A stretch of 10,163 nucleotides of DNA from Thermoproteota archaeon (GCA_037917625.1 JAVCBY010000087.1:1-10163), one strand, 5' to 3'. Counted from the stretch's first letter, positions 1 through 7,763 are shown. A program made the numbers and translations. Notes: generated by a model not told the origin, from the sequence alone.

Positions 1-2
1 AG

Positions 3-188
3 AGGTTATTCAGTGATATAGCTATTTTTTACAAGCCTGGCGATAGGGAATCCCTGAAGAAAGCTTTGAGGGACCTCGAGAATTTCGATATTCCCCCAAG
101 GATGTTGAGGTATATTGTTGAAAAAAATTATGATATAAAAGTAGTTGGTGAGAAAATACTATCAGTCTATTCAGACTTAATTGAATGA
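3..188 (+). CDS. 3' end of a probable glycosyltransferase family 4 (GT-B fold) protein, partial
   Basis: Not in the ORF track. Frame 3 is open from the window edge to TGA at 186-188: RLFSDIAIFYKPGDRESLKKALRDLENFDIPPRMLRYIVEKNYDIKVVGEKILSVYSDLIE*. The 'PGDxxxLxxAL...R..V...Y........L..Y..L' pattern is typical of GT4 C-termini. It overlaps the convergent gene by 22 nt. Confidence 0.6.
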   Translation, partial: RLFSDIAIFYKPGDRESLKKALRDLENFDIPPRMLRYIVEKNYDIKVVGEKILSVYSDLIE

Positions 189-1003
189 CTTGAGCGTTTC
201 CTCAGCCTATAAGCTAAGTATATTGATGCGAGCAACAGGAGGGGGATCGCTAGGAAGGAAGCTCCCACGACTAGTATGTAAATAGACCCTATTAAGGCCT
301 TCCTAGAGTCCTCCCAGATTTTAGCTAAGAGGTCCTCCTCAGGAGGCACATAGCCTTCCTTCTTCAACTCCACATTCACAGTCGCATAATTTATCATCGT
401 CTGTAAGTTCCTCCTCATCGCCTCTAACCATTCTATCTGCTGCCTCACTTGAGATAGCTTATCCTCTATCTCTATTATATCTTTGACGCTCTCAGCTTTA
501 TTCAAAAGATCCATTAGCCTACTTTCAGTAGCTTTAAGGCTCTTCAATCTCGTTTCAACATCTAATACTTGCTCTGTCACATCCTCCACATTCTTCTGCT
601 CGATCTCAACTTTGCCAAGCGATCTTATATCTTTCAAAGCATCCTCGAGCCTCTCCACCGGTATCTCTAAGGTTACGTAACCTCCTCCCTCGTATATTGA
701 GGAGCTCTGGACATAACCATCATACTTTAGAGCTATCTGAGATAGCTTAGACTGAGCCGAATTTACATCGCTCACCTTAAGCTTCAGATAAGCACTCACA
801 GTCACATTCCTTCCTGAAGGCATTGAAATAGCTTCCTTACTCGGGAGAGCCTCCCCCGTCAAACTCGCTGCCTTGGTCATCTCAGGCATATATTGAGTCT
901 TAAGCGCTTGTTGAGACTGCCTCTCGAAAAGAGAGGGGTATATGAGGTAGCCAGCTAGTAAGAGGATCGTCAAAAAGGCCGCTAGCAATATCACTCTCTT
1001 CAT
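167..1003 (-). CDS. DUF4349-domain membrane protein (N-terminal signal/TM segment, coiled coil, C-terminal TM helix)
   Basis: Likely start is ATG at 1003 (MKRVILLAAFLTILLLAGYLIY, a signal-like segment). It contains the family-typical 'L.V.DV..A...L......Y.GYV.SS', 'EDVTEQVLDVETRLKSLK..E.RL..LL.KA.SVKDIIEIE.KL..VR.QIE.L' and 'YATVNVEL' segments, then a C-terminal hydrophobic helix followed by basic residues. Confidence 0.75.
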   Translation of the reverse strand: MKRVILLAAFLTILLLAGYLIYPSLFERQSQQALKTQYMPEMTKAASLTGEALPSKEAISMPSGRNVTVSAYLKLKVSDVNSAQSKLSQIALKYDGYVQSSSIYEGGGYVTLEIPVERLEDALKDIRSLGKVEIEQKNVEDVTEQVLDVETRLKSLKATESRLMDLLNKAESVKDIIEIEDKLSQVRQQIEWLEAMRRNLQTMINYATVNVELKKEGYVPPEEDLLAKIWEDSRKALIGSIYILVVGASFLAIPLLLLASIYLAYRLRKRSSHSIKSE

Positions 1004-1031
1004 AATTTCACATGAAATTACTCGCTTAAAA
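1003..1031 (-). promoter_or_regulatory. Candidate promoter of the DUF4349 gene: TATA-like TTTTAA plus an 18-bp palindrome at the start site
   Basis: On the minus strand TTTTAA (1031-1026) lies 23-28 nt upstream of the ATG, which is leaderless spacing, and there is no SD. A perfect inverted repeat TAATTTCA-CA-TGAAATTA occupies 1003-1020. Confidence 0.5.
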
Positions 1032-1928
1032 GGGGAGCTGATAAGCTTCAATTCCACCTGAAGCATTCAGTATCGGAGGATGGAAGAGGACGCTATCCGC
1101 AGCTACAGTCACTACAGTCCCTCCGTACTTCCTCTTCGCATATAAGCTAGCTAGATAATGGGCACCCGTCGACATGCCTCCCATGATCCCCTTCTTCAAG
1201 AGCTCGGAGGCCCACTCAATAGCTTCGGCCCTGCTGACCTCATAAACTTCATCCACTAAGCTAAGATCGAGATTATCGGGGATGTGATAGGTGTCGTAAC
1301 CCTCCACCTCCCCCTCGAACTCACTAGAGAGGCCGAATTTTCTAGCTAATTCTGAGCCTTTAGAGGTGACAGCTATTATCCTAGCCCCGAATTCCCTCTT
1401 AAGGAGTCTCCCGACACCAGTTATCGTACCTCCTGTCCCTACTCCCATCACGAAAACATCCACTCTCTTGACACTCTCCAATATCTCCTCTCCCATCCTC
1501 TCCTGTCCCTTAGGGTTAGCTGGATTCGAATCCTGCATCAAGAAAGTAGCTCCCTTCTCCTCAGCTATCCTCTCAGCTACGGATTTTATGCTCCTAGGGT
1601 CCTCAGGGGGGACGTTGGGGCATGTGTAAACTTTAGCGCCTAAGCTCCTCATTAGAGCGACTTTGATGGGGCTGGAGTCCTCCTTAACCGCTATATAGAC
1701 ATCGAAGCCCATAGCCCTACCGTGGAGGGAGAGGGAGACCCCAGTGCATCCGCTCGTGGCTTCTACTATAGCTCCACCCCTACCCTTCCTATCTATTAGA
1801 TCCAAGAGCATCGAGACTGCCATCCTGTCCTTATGACTGCCTCCGGGATTCAGATACTCGAGCTTGAATAAGATGCCATCTACATCAACGAGTGGGGTAT
1901 TTCCCACGCATTCCCAGATCTCGGGCAT
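1026..1928 (-). CDS. Cysteine synthase / cystathionine beta-synthase family PLP enzyme (fold type II), atypical
   Basis: Motifs present: VGNTPLV, KLEYLNPGGSHKDR (PLP lysine), EATSGCTG (normally TSGNTG), QDSNPANP, GVGTGGT (phosphate loop) and GxSTGA. The CPNVPPEDPRS segment resembles bacterial CBS-type enzymes. Confidence 0.85.
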   Translation of the reverse strand: MPEIWECVGNTPLVDVDGILFKLEYLNPGGSHKDRMAVSMLLDLIDRKGRGGAIVEATSGCTGVSLSLHGRAMGFDVYIAVKEDSSPIKVALMRSLGAKVYTCPNVPPEDPRSIKSVAERIAEEKGATFLMQDSNPANPKGQERMGEEILESVKRVDVFVMGVGTGGTITGVGRLLKREFGARIIAVTSKGSELARKFGLSSEFEGEVEGYDTYHIPDNLDLSLVDEVYEVSRAEAIEWASELLKKGIMGGMSTGAHYLASLYAKRKYGGTVVTVAADSVLFHPPILNASGGIEAYQLPF

Positions 1929-1950
1929 AAGAGTGGCTTGAGCTTACGCC

Positions 1951-1965
1951 TCTTAAATTTTGTCC
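1951..1965 (-). promoter_or_regulatory. Candidate BRE/TATA promoter for the leaderless cysteine-synthase-like gene
   Basis: The minus strand reads GGACAAAA-TTTAAGA. The TTTAAG box lies 24-29 nt upstream of ATG 1928, behind a purine-rich BRE-like run. No SD precedes the ATG. Confidence 0.5.
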
Positions 1966-2180
1966 TCGAGGGACTTGAGCGAGATGATGCGTTCCCTCTG
2001 ATTCCTCACAAACATTAATTCAATGATATAGTTAAAAATTAGCTATTAATCCTTCTGCAATCATATCTTTAATTCTTAATAAATTTCTCGATTTAATAAC
2101 GGAAATTCATCGAGCCGAAAGGAATCTATTCGATAAAAATGAAACAATTAACCCCGGTCGTATGAATCCAGCCAACCACT

Positions 2181-2228
2181 AAGTTTTTATTTCAGTTAGG
2201 TCAACGATATAGACCTCCTGAGGAGGTG
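2181..2228 (+). promoter_or_regulatory. Candidate TATA box and strong Shine-Dalgarno for the ABC operon, with the SD inside a palindrome
   Basis: TTTTTATT at 2184-2191. GAGGAGGTG at 2220-2228 lies 5 nt before ATG 2234. ACCTCCT-G-AGGAGGT is a perfect inverted repeat at 2213-2227. Confidence 0.55.
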
Positions 2229-2233
2229 TCCGG

Positions 2234-3889
2234 ATGAAAGCCCGTGATCTAGCCTTAGTTTTACTCCTCTTCGTAGTGGGCGCGGTCATCGGTTATTTCG
2301 CCGCGGGTCCCGGTAAGGTGACTACAGTCACTACCACAGTGACCACTACTATAGTGCAGACAGCTACGCCGACTGTCACGACACCGGCAGTTACGATGAG
2401 GACTCCTGCTGATACGCTGATAATCGCGATGGATACATCTGATGCCGTTTCACTCGATCCCGCGAGAGCTTATGAGTTCACATCATGCTTCGTCACGAAT
2501 CAGTTATACGATAAGCTCGTCGATTTTGAGCTCCCCAATCTGGTAGATGTGAAGCCGGAGGTCGCCGAGAGATGGGAAGTGAGTCCTGATGGAATGACTT
2601 GGACATTTTACATAAGGAAGGGCATTAAGTTCGCCAGTGGAAATCCGCTCACAGCTGATGATGTCGTTTACTCCCTCCAAAGGGTAGTCAAGTTAAAACA
2701 GACGGCTTACTCAGTACTAGAGCCATTTCTGAAGACTCCGGATCAGATAGAGAAGATCGATGATTACACTGTCAGGATAAAGCTCAATAAGACAGTCGCT
2801 CCCAGCTTCTTCTTGAGCGTCTTGACCTTCACTACATCGAGTATTGTAGATAAGAAGGTCGTAGAGGCCCACGAGAAAGATGGGGACATGGGGAGTGCCT
2901 GGTTAGACGACCATAGTGCCGGGAGTGGTCCCTTCGTGCTGGAGAAATGGGATAGGGAATCCCAATTCATCCTGAGGGCCAACCCGTATTATTGGAAGCC
3001 TGGACAGCCTTACGTCAAGACGATCATAATAAAGCACGTCGCTGAGCCGACCGACCAACTCCTCTTGATACAGAAGGGTGATGTCGATGTAGCGACAGAT
3101 CTGACTCCGGATCAGATAAAGCAATTGGAGGGACAGCCCGGGATCTACATAGTCAGGGCTGAGAGGTTACACAATGTTTACATAGGGATGAATGTGGCCG
3201 TAAAGCCCCTGGATAAGGAGGAAGTGAGGGATGCGATAAGGTACTGCATAGATTACGACGGTATAGTGAATGCTATAATGAAGGGAGCCGCTATAAAGTG
3301 GCAGACAGTGATTCCAAAGGGATTGCTAGGCGCTAATCCGAAGACCCCTTACTATAAAGACGTTAGTAAGGCTAAGGAGTTACTGGCTAAAGCTGGATAT
3401 CCGAACGGCTTCACTATAGAGTTGACGACGCCCCCGACTTACCCGCAGATAGATATCGCCACGAAGATACAAGCTGACTTGGCTGAGTGCGGTATCACGG
3501 TGAACATAGTACAGATGACGGCCTCGATGATGTACGAGAAGTACAGGAAGCAGGGGCTTCAGATGGTCTTAGCTGGCTGGGGCTCCGATTACCCTGATCC
3601 TGACAGCAATGCCATGGCCTTCGCTAACTATAGGATAAGGCAATTGGCCTGGAGGAACAGCTGGTACGATGATTACGCCGCTGACCTGGCTGAGAAGGCT
3701 AGCGTTGAGATGGACACTAAGAAGAGGGAGCAGATGTACTTAAATCTGACAGATTATATACTGGATCACGGTCCTTACGTCATGCTATATCAGACTGTAG
3801 CTCAACAGGCTGTCAGAGATTATGTGAAGAACTGGTTGCCTGATCCCACGTTCTATTACCTCGATCTCTCGAAGGTCAGGAAGGGTTAA
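2234..3889 (+). CDS. dppA: ABC transporter substrate-binding protein, family 5 (DppA/DdpA-like peptide-binding protein)
   Basis: It has an N-terminal hydrophobic anchor and a Thr-rich linker (VTTVTTTVTTTIVQTATPTVTT). Family motifs include SLDPA, AERWEVSPDGMTWTFYIRKGIKFASGNPLTADDVVYSLQR (family-5 signature), GSGPFVL, ANPYYW, VRDAIRYCID, KAKELLAKAGYPNGF and WGSDYPDPD. Confidence 0.93.
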   Translation: MKARDLALVLLLFVVGAVIGYFAAGPGKVTTVTTTVTTTIVQTATPTVTTPAVTMRTPADTLIIAMDTSDAVSLDPARAYEFTSCFVTNQLYDKLVDFELPNLVDVKPEVAERWEVSPDGMTWTFYIRKGIKFASGNPLTADDVVYSLQRVVKLKQTAYSVLEPFLKTPDQIEKIDDYTVRIKLNKTVAPSFFLSVLTFTTSSIVDKKVVEAHEKDGDMGSAWLDDHSAGSGPFVLEKWDRESQFILRANPYYWKPGQPYVKTIIIKHVAEPTDQLLLIQKGDVDVATDLTPDQIKQLEGQPGIYIVRAERLHNVYIGMNVAVKPLDKEEVRDAIRYCIDYDGIVNAIMKGAAIKWQTVIPKGLLGANPKTPYYKDVSKAKELLAKAGYPNGFTIELTTPPTYPQIDIATKIQADLAECGITVNIVQMTASMMYEKYRKQGLQMVLAGWGSDYPDPDSNAMAFANYRIRQLAWRNSWYDDYAADLAEKASVEMDTKKREQMYLNLTDYILDHGPYVMLYQTVAQQAVRDYVKNWLPDPTFYYLDLSKVRKG

Positions 3890-3909
3890 GAGCCCTCCCA
3901 CCTTTTTTT
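3874..3909 (+). terminator. Candidate internal terminator/attenuator after the binding-protein gene
   Basis: Hairpin AGGGTT-AAG-AGCCCT (3882-3896, one G-U pair) spans the stop codon and is followed by CCCACC and a T7 run (3903-3909). Oligo-T tracts are known archaeal terminators. Confidence 0.45.
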
Positions 3910-3927
3910 ACATTGAGGAGGGTCCAT

Positions 3928-4941
3928 ATGGACCTCAGGACTTATATTATAAGGAGATTGGGTTTGATGGTTTTTGTCCTGTTCGGGATCATAGTGATAA
4001 CATTTATAGTATCTCACGTAATTCCAGCTGACCCCATTGGAGCTATACTAGGCCCTCAAGCCTCCCCAGAGCTCGTGGAGAAGATAAGGAGAGAGTGGGG
4101 ATTCGATAAGCCCTTACACGAGCAGTTCTTCGATTATATCTATAAGGTGATCAGGGGGGACCTGGGGAGATCTATAAAGACGAACAACCCCGTGATGGAG
4201 GATCTCCTCTACTTCTTCCCAGCGACTATAGAGCTCGCTACTGCCGCTATAATAGTAGCTATAGCCATAGGGATTCCCCTAGGCATAATATCCGCTGTTA
4301 AGAAGGACAAGTGGCCTGACCATATCTCGAGGATATTCGCTCTCATGGGCGTGAGCATGCCTGTCTTCTGGTTGGGCTTACTGCTCTTATTCGTCCTCTA
4401 CTACAAGTTGGGGATATTCCCAGGGCCCGGGAGGCTAGATCCAGGCATACCTGAGCCCCCTAGGATAACGGGTCTCTTGACGCTGGATAGCCTCTTGACT
4501 GGGAATTTCGAAGCATTTACCAATGCACTCTGGCATTTAGCATTACCATCGTTCGTTCTGGGGTATTACGCTTCAGCTTCGATAGCTAGGATAACGAGGA
4601 CAGCACTCCTGGAGGTATTAACGCAGGATTTCATAAAAGCCGCCAGGAGCAAGGGCCTAGCGGAGAGGGTCGTCCTGTTCAGGCACGCTTTGAGGAATGC
4701 CCTGATCCCGACAACTACAGTGATAGGCATGGCCTATGGTAGCCTATTGGAAGGTGCTATTTTAACTGAGACAATATTCGCCTGGCCCGGATTGGGGAGA
4801 TATTCTACAGGAGCTTTCCTATCCGTGGACTTCATGGCTGTAATGGGGTCTACACTTTTAATAGCTCTAGTTTACTCGCTAGCGAACTTGATAGTAGACA
4901 TACTCTACGCCTTCTTGGATCCCAGGATAAGGTACGCGTGA
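3928..4941 (+). CDS. dppB: Peptide ABC transporter permease (DppB/DdpB-like)
   Basis: ATG 3928 follows GAGGAGG (3915-3921). Motifs are YIIRRL, IPADP, GDLGRS, FPATIELA, MPVFWLG, HLALP, the EAA-like loop DFIKAARSKGL, RHALRNA and ETIFAWPGLG. Confidence 0.93.
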   Translation: MDLRTYIIRRLGLMVFVLFGIIVITFIVSHVIPADPIGAILGPQASPELVEKIRREWGFDKPLHEQFFDYIYKVIRGDLGRSIKTNNPVMEDLLYFFPATIELATAAIIVAIAIGIPLGIISAVKKDKWPDHISRIFALMGVSMPVFWLGLLLLFVLYYKLGIFPGPGRLDPGIPEPPRITGLLTLDSLLTGNFEAFTNALWHLALPSFVLGYYASASIARITRTALLEVLTQDFIKAARSKGLAERVVLFRHALRNALIPTTTVIGMAYGSLLEGAILTETIFAWPGLGRYSTGAFLSVDFMAVMGSTLLIALVYSLANLIVDILYAFLDPRIRYA

Positions 4942-4945
4942 GGTG

Positions 4946-5818
4946 ATGGCCTTGCTCAAGATCCAAGAATACCTCAAGTCAGAGGATTTCAAGTTCACGC
5001 TCATTTTGATAAAGAGGAGCCCTCTGACTATACTAGGGATCTCCATAACGTCGCTATTGATAATGATAGCAGTGCTGGCACCCATGATAGCTATTGAAGA
5101 TCCCACGAGAACTGATCTGAGCAAGAGGTTGTTACCGCCGAGTATGGAACACCCCTTCGGCACTGATCAGTTGGGGAGGGATATCTTCAGCAGGGTGGTC
5201 TGGGGCTCTAGGATCTCGTTATTCATAGCTGTGGTAGTTGTTTCGATATCTTTGACTATAGGAATGTTAATAGGATTAATATCTGGATACTTTGGTGGTA
5301 AAATAGATGAAATATTGATGAGAATAACTGATATGTTCATGGCCTTCCCCAGACTGATACTGGCGCTCGCAGTCGCTGCTGCCCTGGGGCCCGGATTATT
5401 CAACACGATGATGGCCATAGCATTCGTCGATTGGGTGTTTTACGCTAGGCTCGCTAGAGCTATCGCACTTCAGATAAGGGAGGAGACGTATATAGAGGCA
5501 GCCAGAGCTATAGGGGCTGGCGATGCGAGGATAATACTCAGGCACGCATTACCTATCGCGATCCCCACACTGATAGTCAGGGCGACTCTGGATATGGGTG
5601 GCACGATACTGACGGCAGCAGCCCTCGGTTTCCTGGGTCTCGGAGTCCAACCGCCGACCCCTGAGTGGGGCGTCATGGTGAGTGAGGGGAGGAGGTTCGT
5701 AACTGAGCAATGGTGGGTCTCAACGTTCCCGGGCTTCGCCATACTATTAGCTACAATGGGATTCAATCTGCTGGGGGATGGTATAAACGATATACTTAAT
5801 GTGAGGGCAAGGAGGTAA
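4946..5818 (+). CDS. dppC: Peptide ABC transporter permease (DppC/DdpC-like)
   Basis: Motifs are HPFGTDQLGRDIFSRVVWGSRISL, the EAA motif YIEAARAIGA, LGFLGLGVQPPTPEWG and GFNLLGDG. The start could be GTG 4943, ATG 4946 or TTG 4952, next to GAGGTG at 4940-4945. Confidence 0.93.
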   Translation: MALLKIQEYLKSEDFKFTLILIKRSPLTILGISITSLLIMIAVLAPMIAIEDPTRTDLSKRLLPPSMEHPFGTDQLGRDIFSRVVWGSRISLFIAVVVVSISLTIGMLIGLISGYFGGKIDEILMRITDMFMAFPRLILALAVAAALGPGLFNTMMAIAFVDWVFYARLARAIALQIREETYIEAARAIGAGDARIILRHALPIAIPTLIVRATLDMGGTILTAAALGFLGLGVQPPTPEWGVMVSEGRRFVTEQWWVSTFPGFAILLATMGFNLLGDGINDILNVRARR

Positions 5819-5823
5819 TATAC

Positions 5824-6783
5824 ATGCTCCTCGAGGTCAGGGATCTCAGAGTCAGGTTTCACAGCCTGAGGGGGATTGTGAGAGCTGTAGATGGTGTGAG
5901 CTTCTCTGTTAACTATGGTGAGGTCTTAGGATTAGTGGGGGAGACCGGTAGCGGGAAGACAGTGACTGGGCTCACGATAATGAGGTTATTAGATGAGAAC
6001 GCTGAGATATCTGGAGGGGAAGTTATCTTCGAGGGGAAGGACCTTCTAAAACTCCCAATTAGTGAGATCCTTAAGATAAGAGGTAGAGATATATCTATGA
6101 TATTCCAAGAGCCGAAAGTGGCACTGAATCCCGTGATTCAAGTCGGGGACCAAGTAGCTGAGTCTTTCCTCACTCACGAGAGAATGAGTAAGGATGAGGC
6201 TAGGGAGAGAGTGCTGGATATGTTCAGGAAGGTAGGTCTCCCCGATCCGGAGAGGATATACAGGAGCTACCCCCATGAATTGAGCGGAGGCATGGCTCAG
6301 AGGATAGTGATATCGATGGCTCTAGCCTTAAAACCGAAGCTCATGATAGCCGATGAACCTACCTCAGCGCTCGATGTGACTATCCAAGCCCAGATAATGG
6401 AGCTCTTCAGGGAGCTAATCAGGGAGTTCAACACTAGCGTCATCTACATAACGCACGATCTAGCTCTAGCCGCTGAGATAGCTGATAGAATAGCCGTTAT
6501 GTACGCTGGGAGGATAGTTGAAGTAGCTAGGACCGAGGAGCTATTCGAGAACCCACTTCATCCTTACACGGTAGGCCTCCTCAAGTCCATCCCCGGATCG
6601 AGATCCTCGGGGAGTAGGCTCTTCTCCATGGAAGGGGAGATACCCTCCCTCCTCAATCCCCCACCCGGTTGTCTCTTCCATCCTAGATGCCCGAGTAGGA
6701 TGGGCATATGCGAGAGGGAAGTCCCAAGCCTTTTAAATGCCGGAAATGACCATATAGTCTCTTGCTTCCTCTATGGGAGATGA
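5824..6783 (+). CDS. dppD: Peptide ABC transporter ATP-binding protein (DppD-like)
   Basis: Walker A GETGSGKT, Q-loop IFQEP, signature LSGGMAQR, Walker B IADEPT, H-loop ITHD. The C-terminal oligopeptide domain reads HPYT...GCLFHPRC...C...C. SD GGAGGT overlaps the upstream stop. Confidence 0.95.
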   Translation: MLLEVRDLRVRFHSLRGIVRAVDGVSFSVNYGEVLGLVGETGSGKTVTGLTIMRLLDENAEISGGEVIFEGKDLLKLPISEILKIRGRDISMIFQEPKVALNPVIQVGDQVAESFLTHERMSKDEARERVLDMFRKVGLPDPERIYRSYPHELSGGMAQRIVISMALALKPKLMIADEPTSALDVTIQAQIMELFRELIREFNTSVIYITHDLALAAEIADRIAVMYAGRIVEVARTEELFENPLHPYTVGLLKSIPGSRSSGSRLFSMEGEIPSLLNPPPGCLFHPRCPSRMGICEREVPSLLNAGNDHIVSCFLYGR

Positions 6784-6789
6784 TGCCCT

Positions 6790-7761
6790 ATGCTCAAGCT
6801 CCAAGATATCAAGAAGTACTTCCCCGTCAGGGGAGGCGTATTCATGAGAGTTATCGGAGAGATAAAAGCCGTGGATGGTGTCTCAATTGACATAGGAGAG
6901 GGTGAAACTTTCGGACTTGTTGGTGAGTCCGGGAGCGGGAAGACGACGCTGGGGAGGGTCGTTCTCAAGTTGATAGAGCCTACCTCAGGGAGGATATTCT
7001 TCAATGGAAGGGACATAACTGAACTGAGGGGTAAGGACCTCCTGCCTCTGAGGAGGGAGATGCAGATAGTCTTCCAAGACCCGTACAAAGCACTGCATCC
7101 CAAGAAGAAAGTCAAAGACATAATTGGTGAGCCCCTAGTAGTGCACGAAGGGCTTAAAGGGGAGGAATTAGAGAGGAGGGTGAGCGAGATGCTCAAGCTA
7201 GTGGGCATGAACCCTGAGCACATGCATAGGTACCCTCACGAGTTCTCAGGGGGTCAGAGGCAGAGGATAGTCATAGCCAGGGCCCTCATACTAAGGCCCA
7301 AGTTCCTCGTCCTCGATGAGCCCACTTCCGCTCTCGATGTCAGCGTTCAAGCGAAAATATTAAATTTATTATCCGATTTAAAGGAAGAATTTAGACTAAC
7401 TTACCTATTGATAACACATAATCTTGCTGTAGTTAAACACGTCAGTAATAGGGTTGGTGTGATGTACTTGGGGAAGTTAGTCGAAGTTGCCCCGACTGAG
7501 GAGCTCTTCGAGAACCCAGTGCATCCTTACACTATGGGGTTGATCTCTTCAATCCCCGTCCCCGACCCTAAGTTAGCTAAATCTAGGAGAAAGCTCATCC
7601 TCCTCGGTGAGATACCGAGCCCCATGAACCCCCCGCGGGGATGCAGATTCCACACGAGATGCCCTTATGCTAAGGAGATATGCAAGACAGAGGAACCTCG
7701 GATGGAGGAAATCTCGAGAGGCCATTATGTATCATGCCACCTCTGGAGAGAGTTGAGCTGA
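6790..7761 (+). CDS. dppF: Peptide ABC transporter ATP-binding protein (DppF-like)
   Basis: Walker A GESGSGKT, MQIVFQDP, signature FSGGQRQR, Walker B VLDEPT, ITHN and a C-terminal HPYT...GCRFHTRC...C...CH domain. Confidence 0.95.
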   Translation: MLKLQDIKKYFPVRGGVFMRVIGEIKAVDGVSIDIGEGETFGLVGESGSGKTTLGRVVLKLIEPTSGRIFFNGRDITELRGKDLLPLRREMQIVFQDPYKALHPKKKVKDIIGEPLVVHEGLKGEELERRVSEMLKLVGMNPEHMHRYPHEFSGGQRQRIVIARALILRPKFLVLDEPTSALDVSVQAKILNLLSDLKEEFRLTYLLITHNLAVVKHVSNRVGVMYLGKLVEVAPTEELFENPVHPYTMGLISSIPVPDPKLAKSRRKLILLGEIPSPMNPPRGCRFHTRCPYAKEICKTEEPRMEEISRGHYVSCHLWRELS

Positions 7762-7763
7762 TC

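Noticed and set aside
1004-1066. N-terminal extension of the DUF4349 ORF given by the ORF track
   Set aside because: It overlaps the upstream gene. The signal-like segment begins at ATG 1003, which also fits the TATA spacing.
2318-2396. Repetitive GTGACTAC/GTCACTAC-like words at the start of the binding-protein gene
   Set aside because: They are explained by the Thr/Val-rich linker common in archaeal surface proteins and are not a DNA tandem repeat or CRISPR array.
7680-7763. N-terminal extension of the small membrane ORF (75-aa version)
   Set aside because: It overlaps the conserved C-terminus of dppF. ATG 7764, directly after the dppF stop, is the more plausible start.
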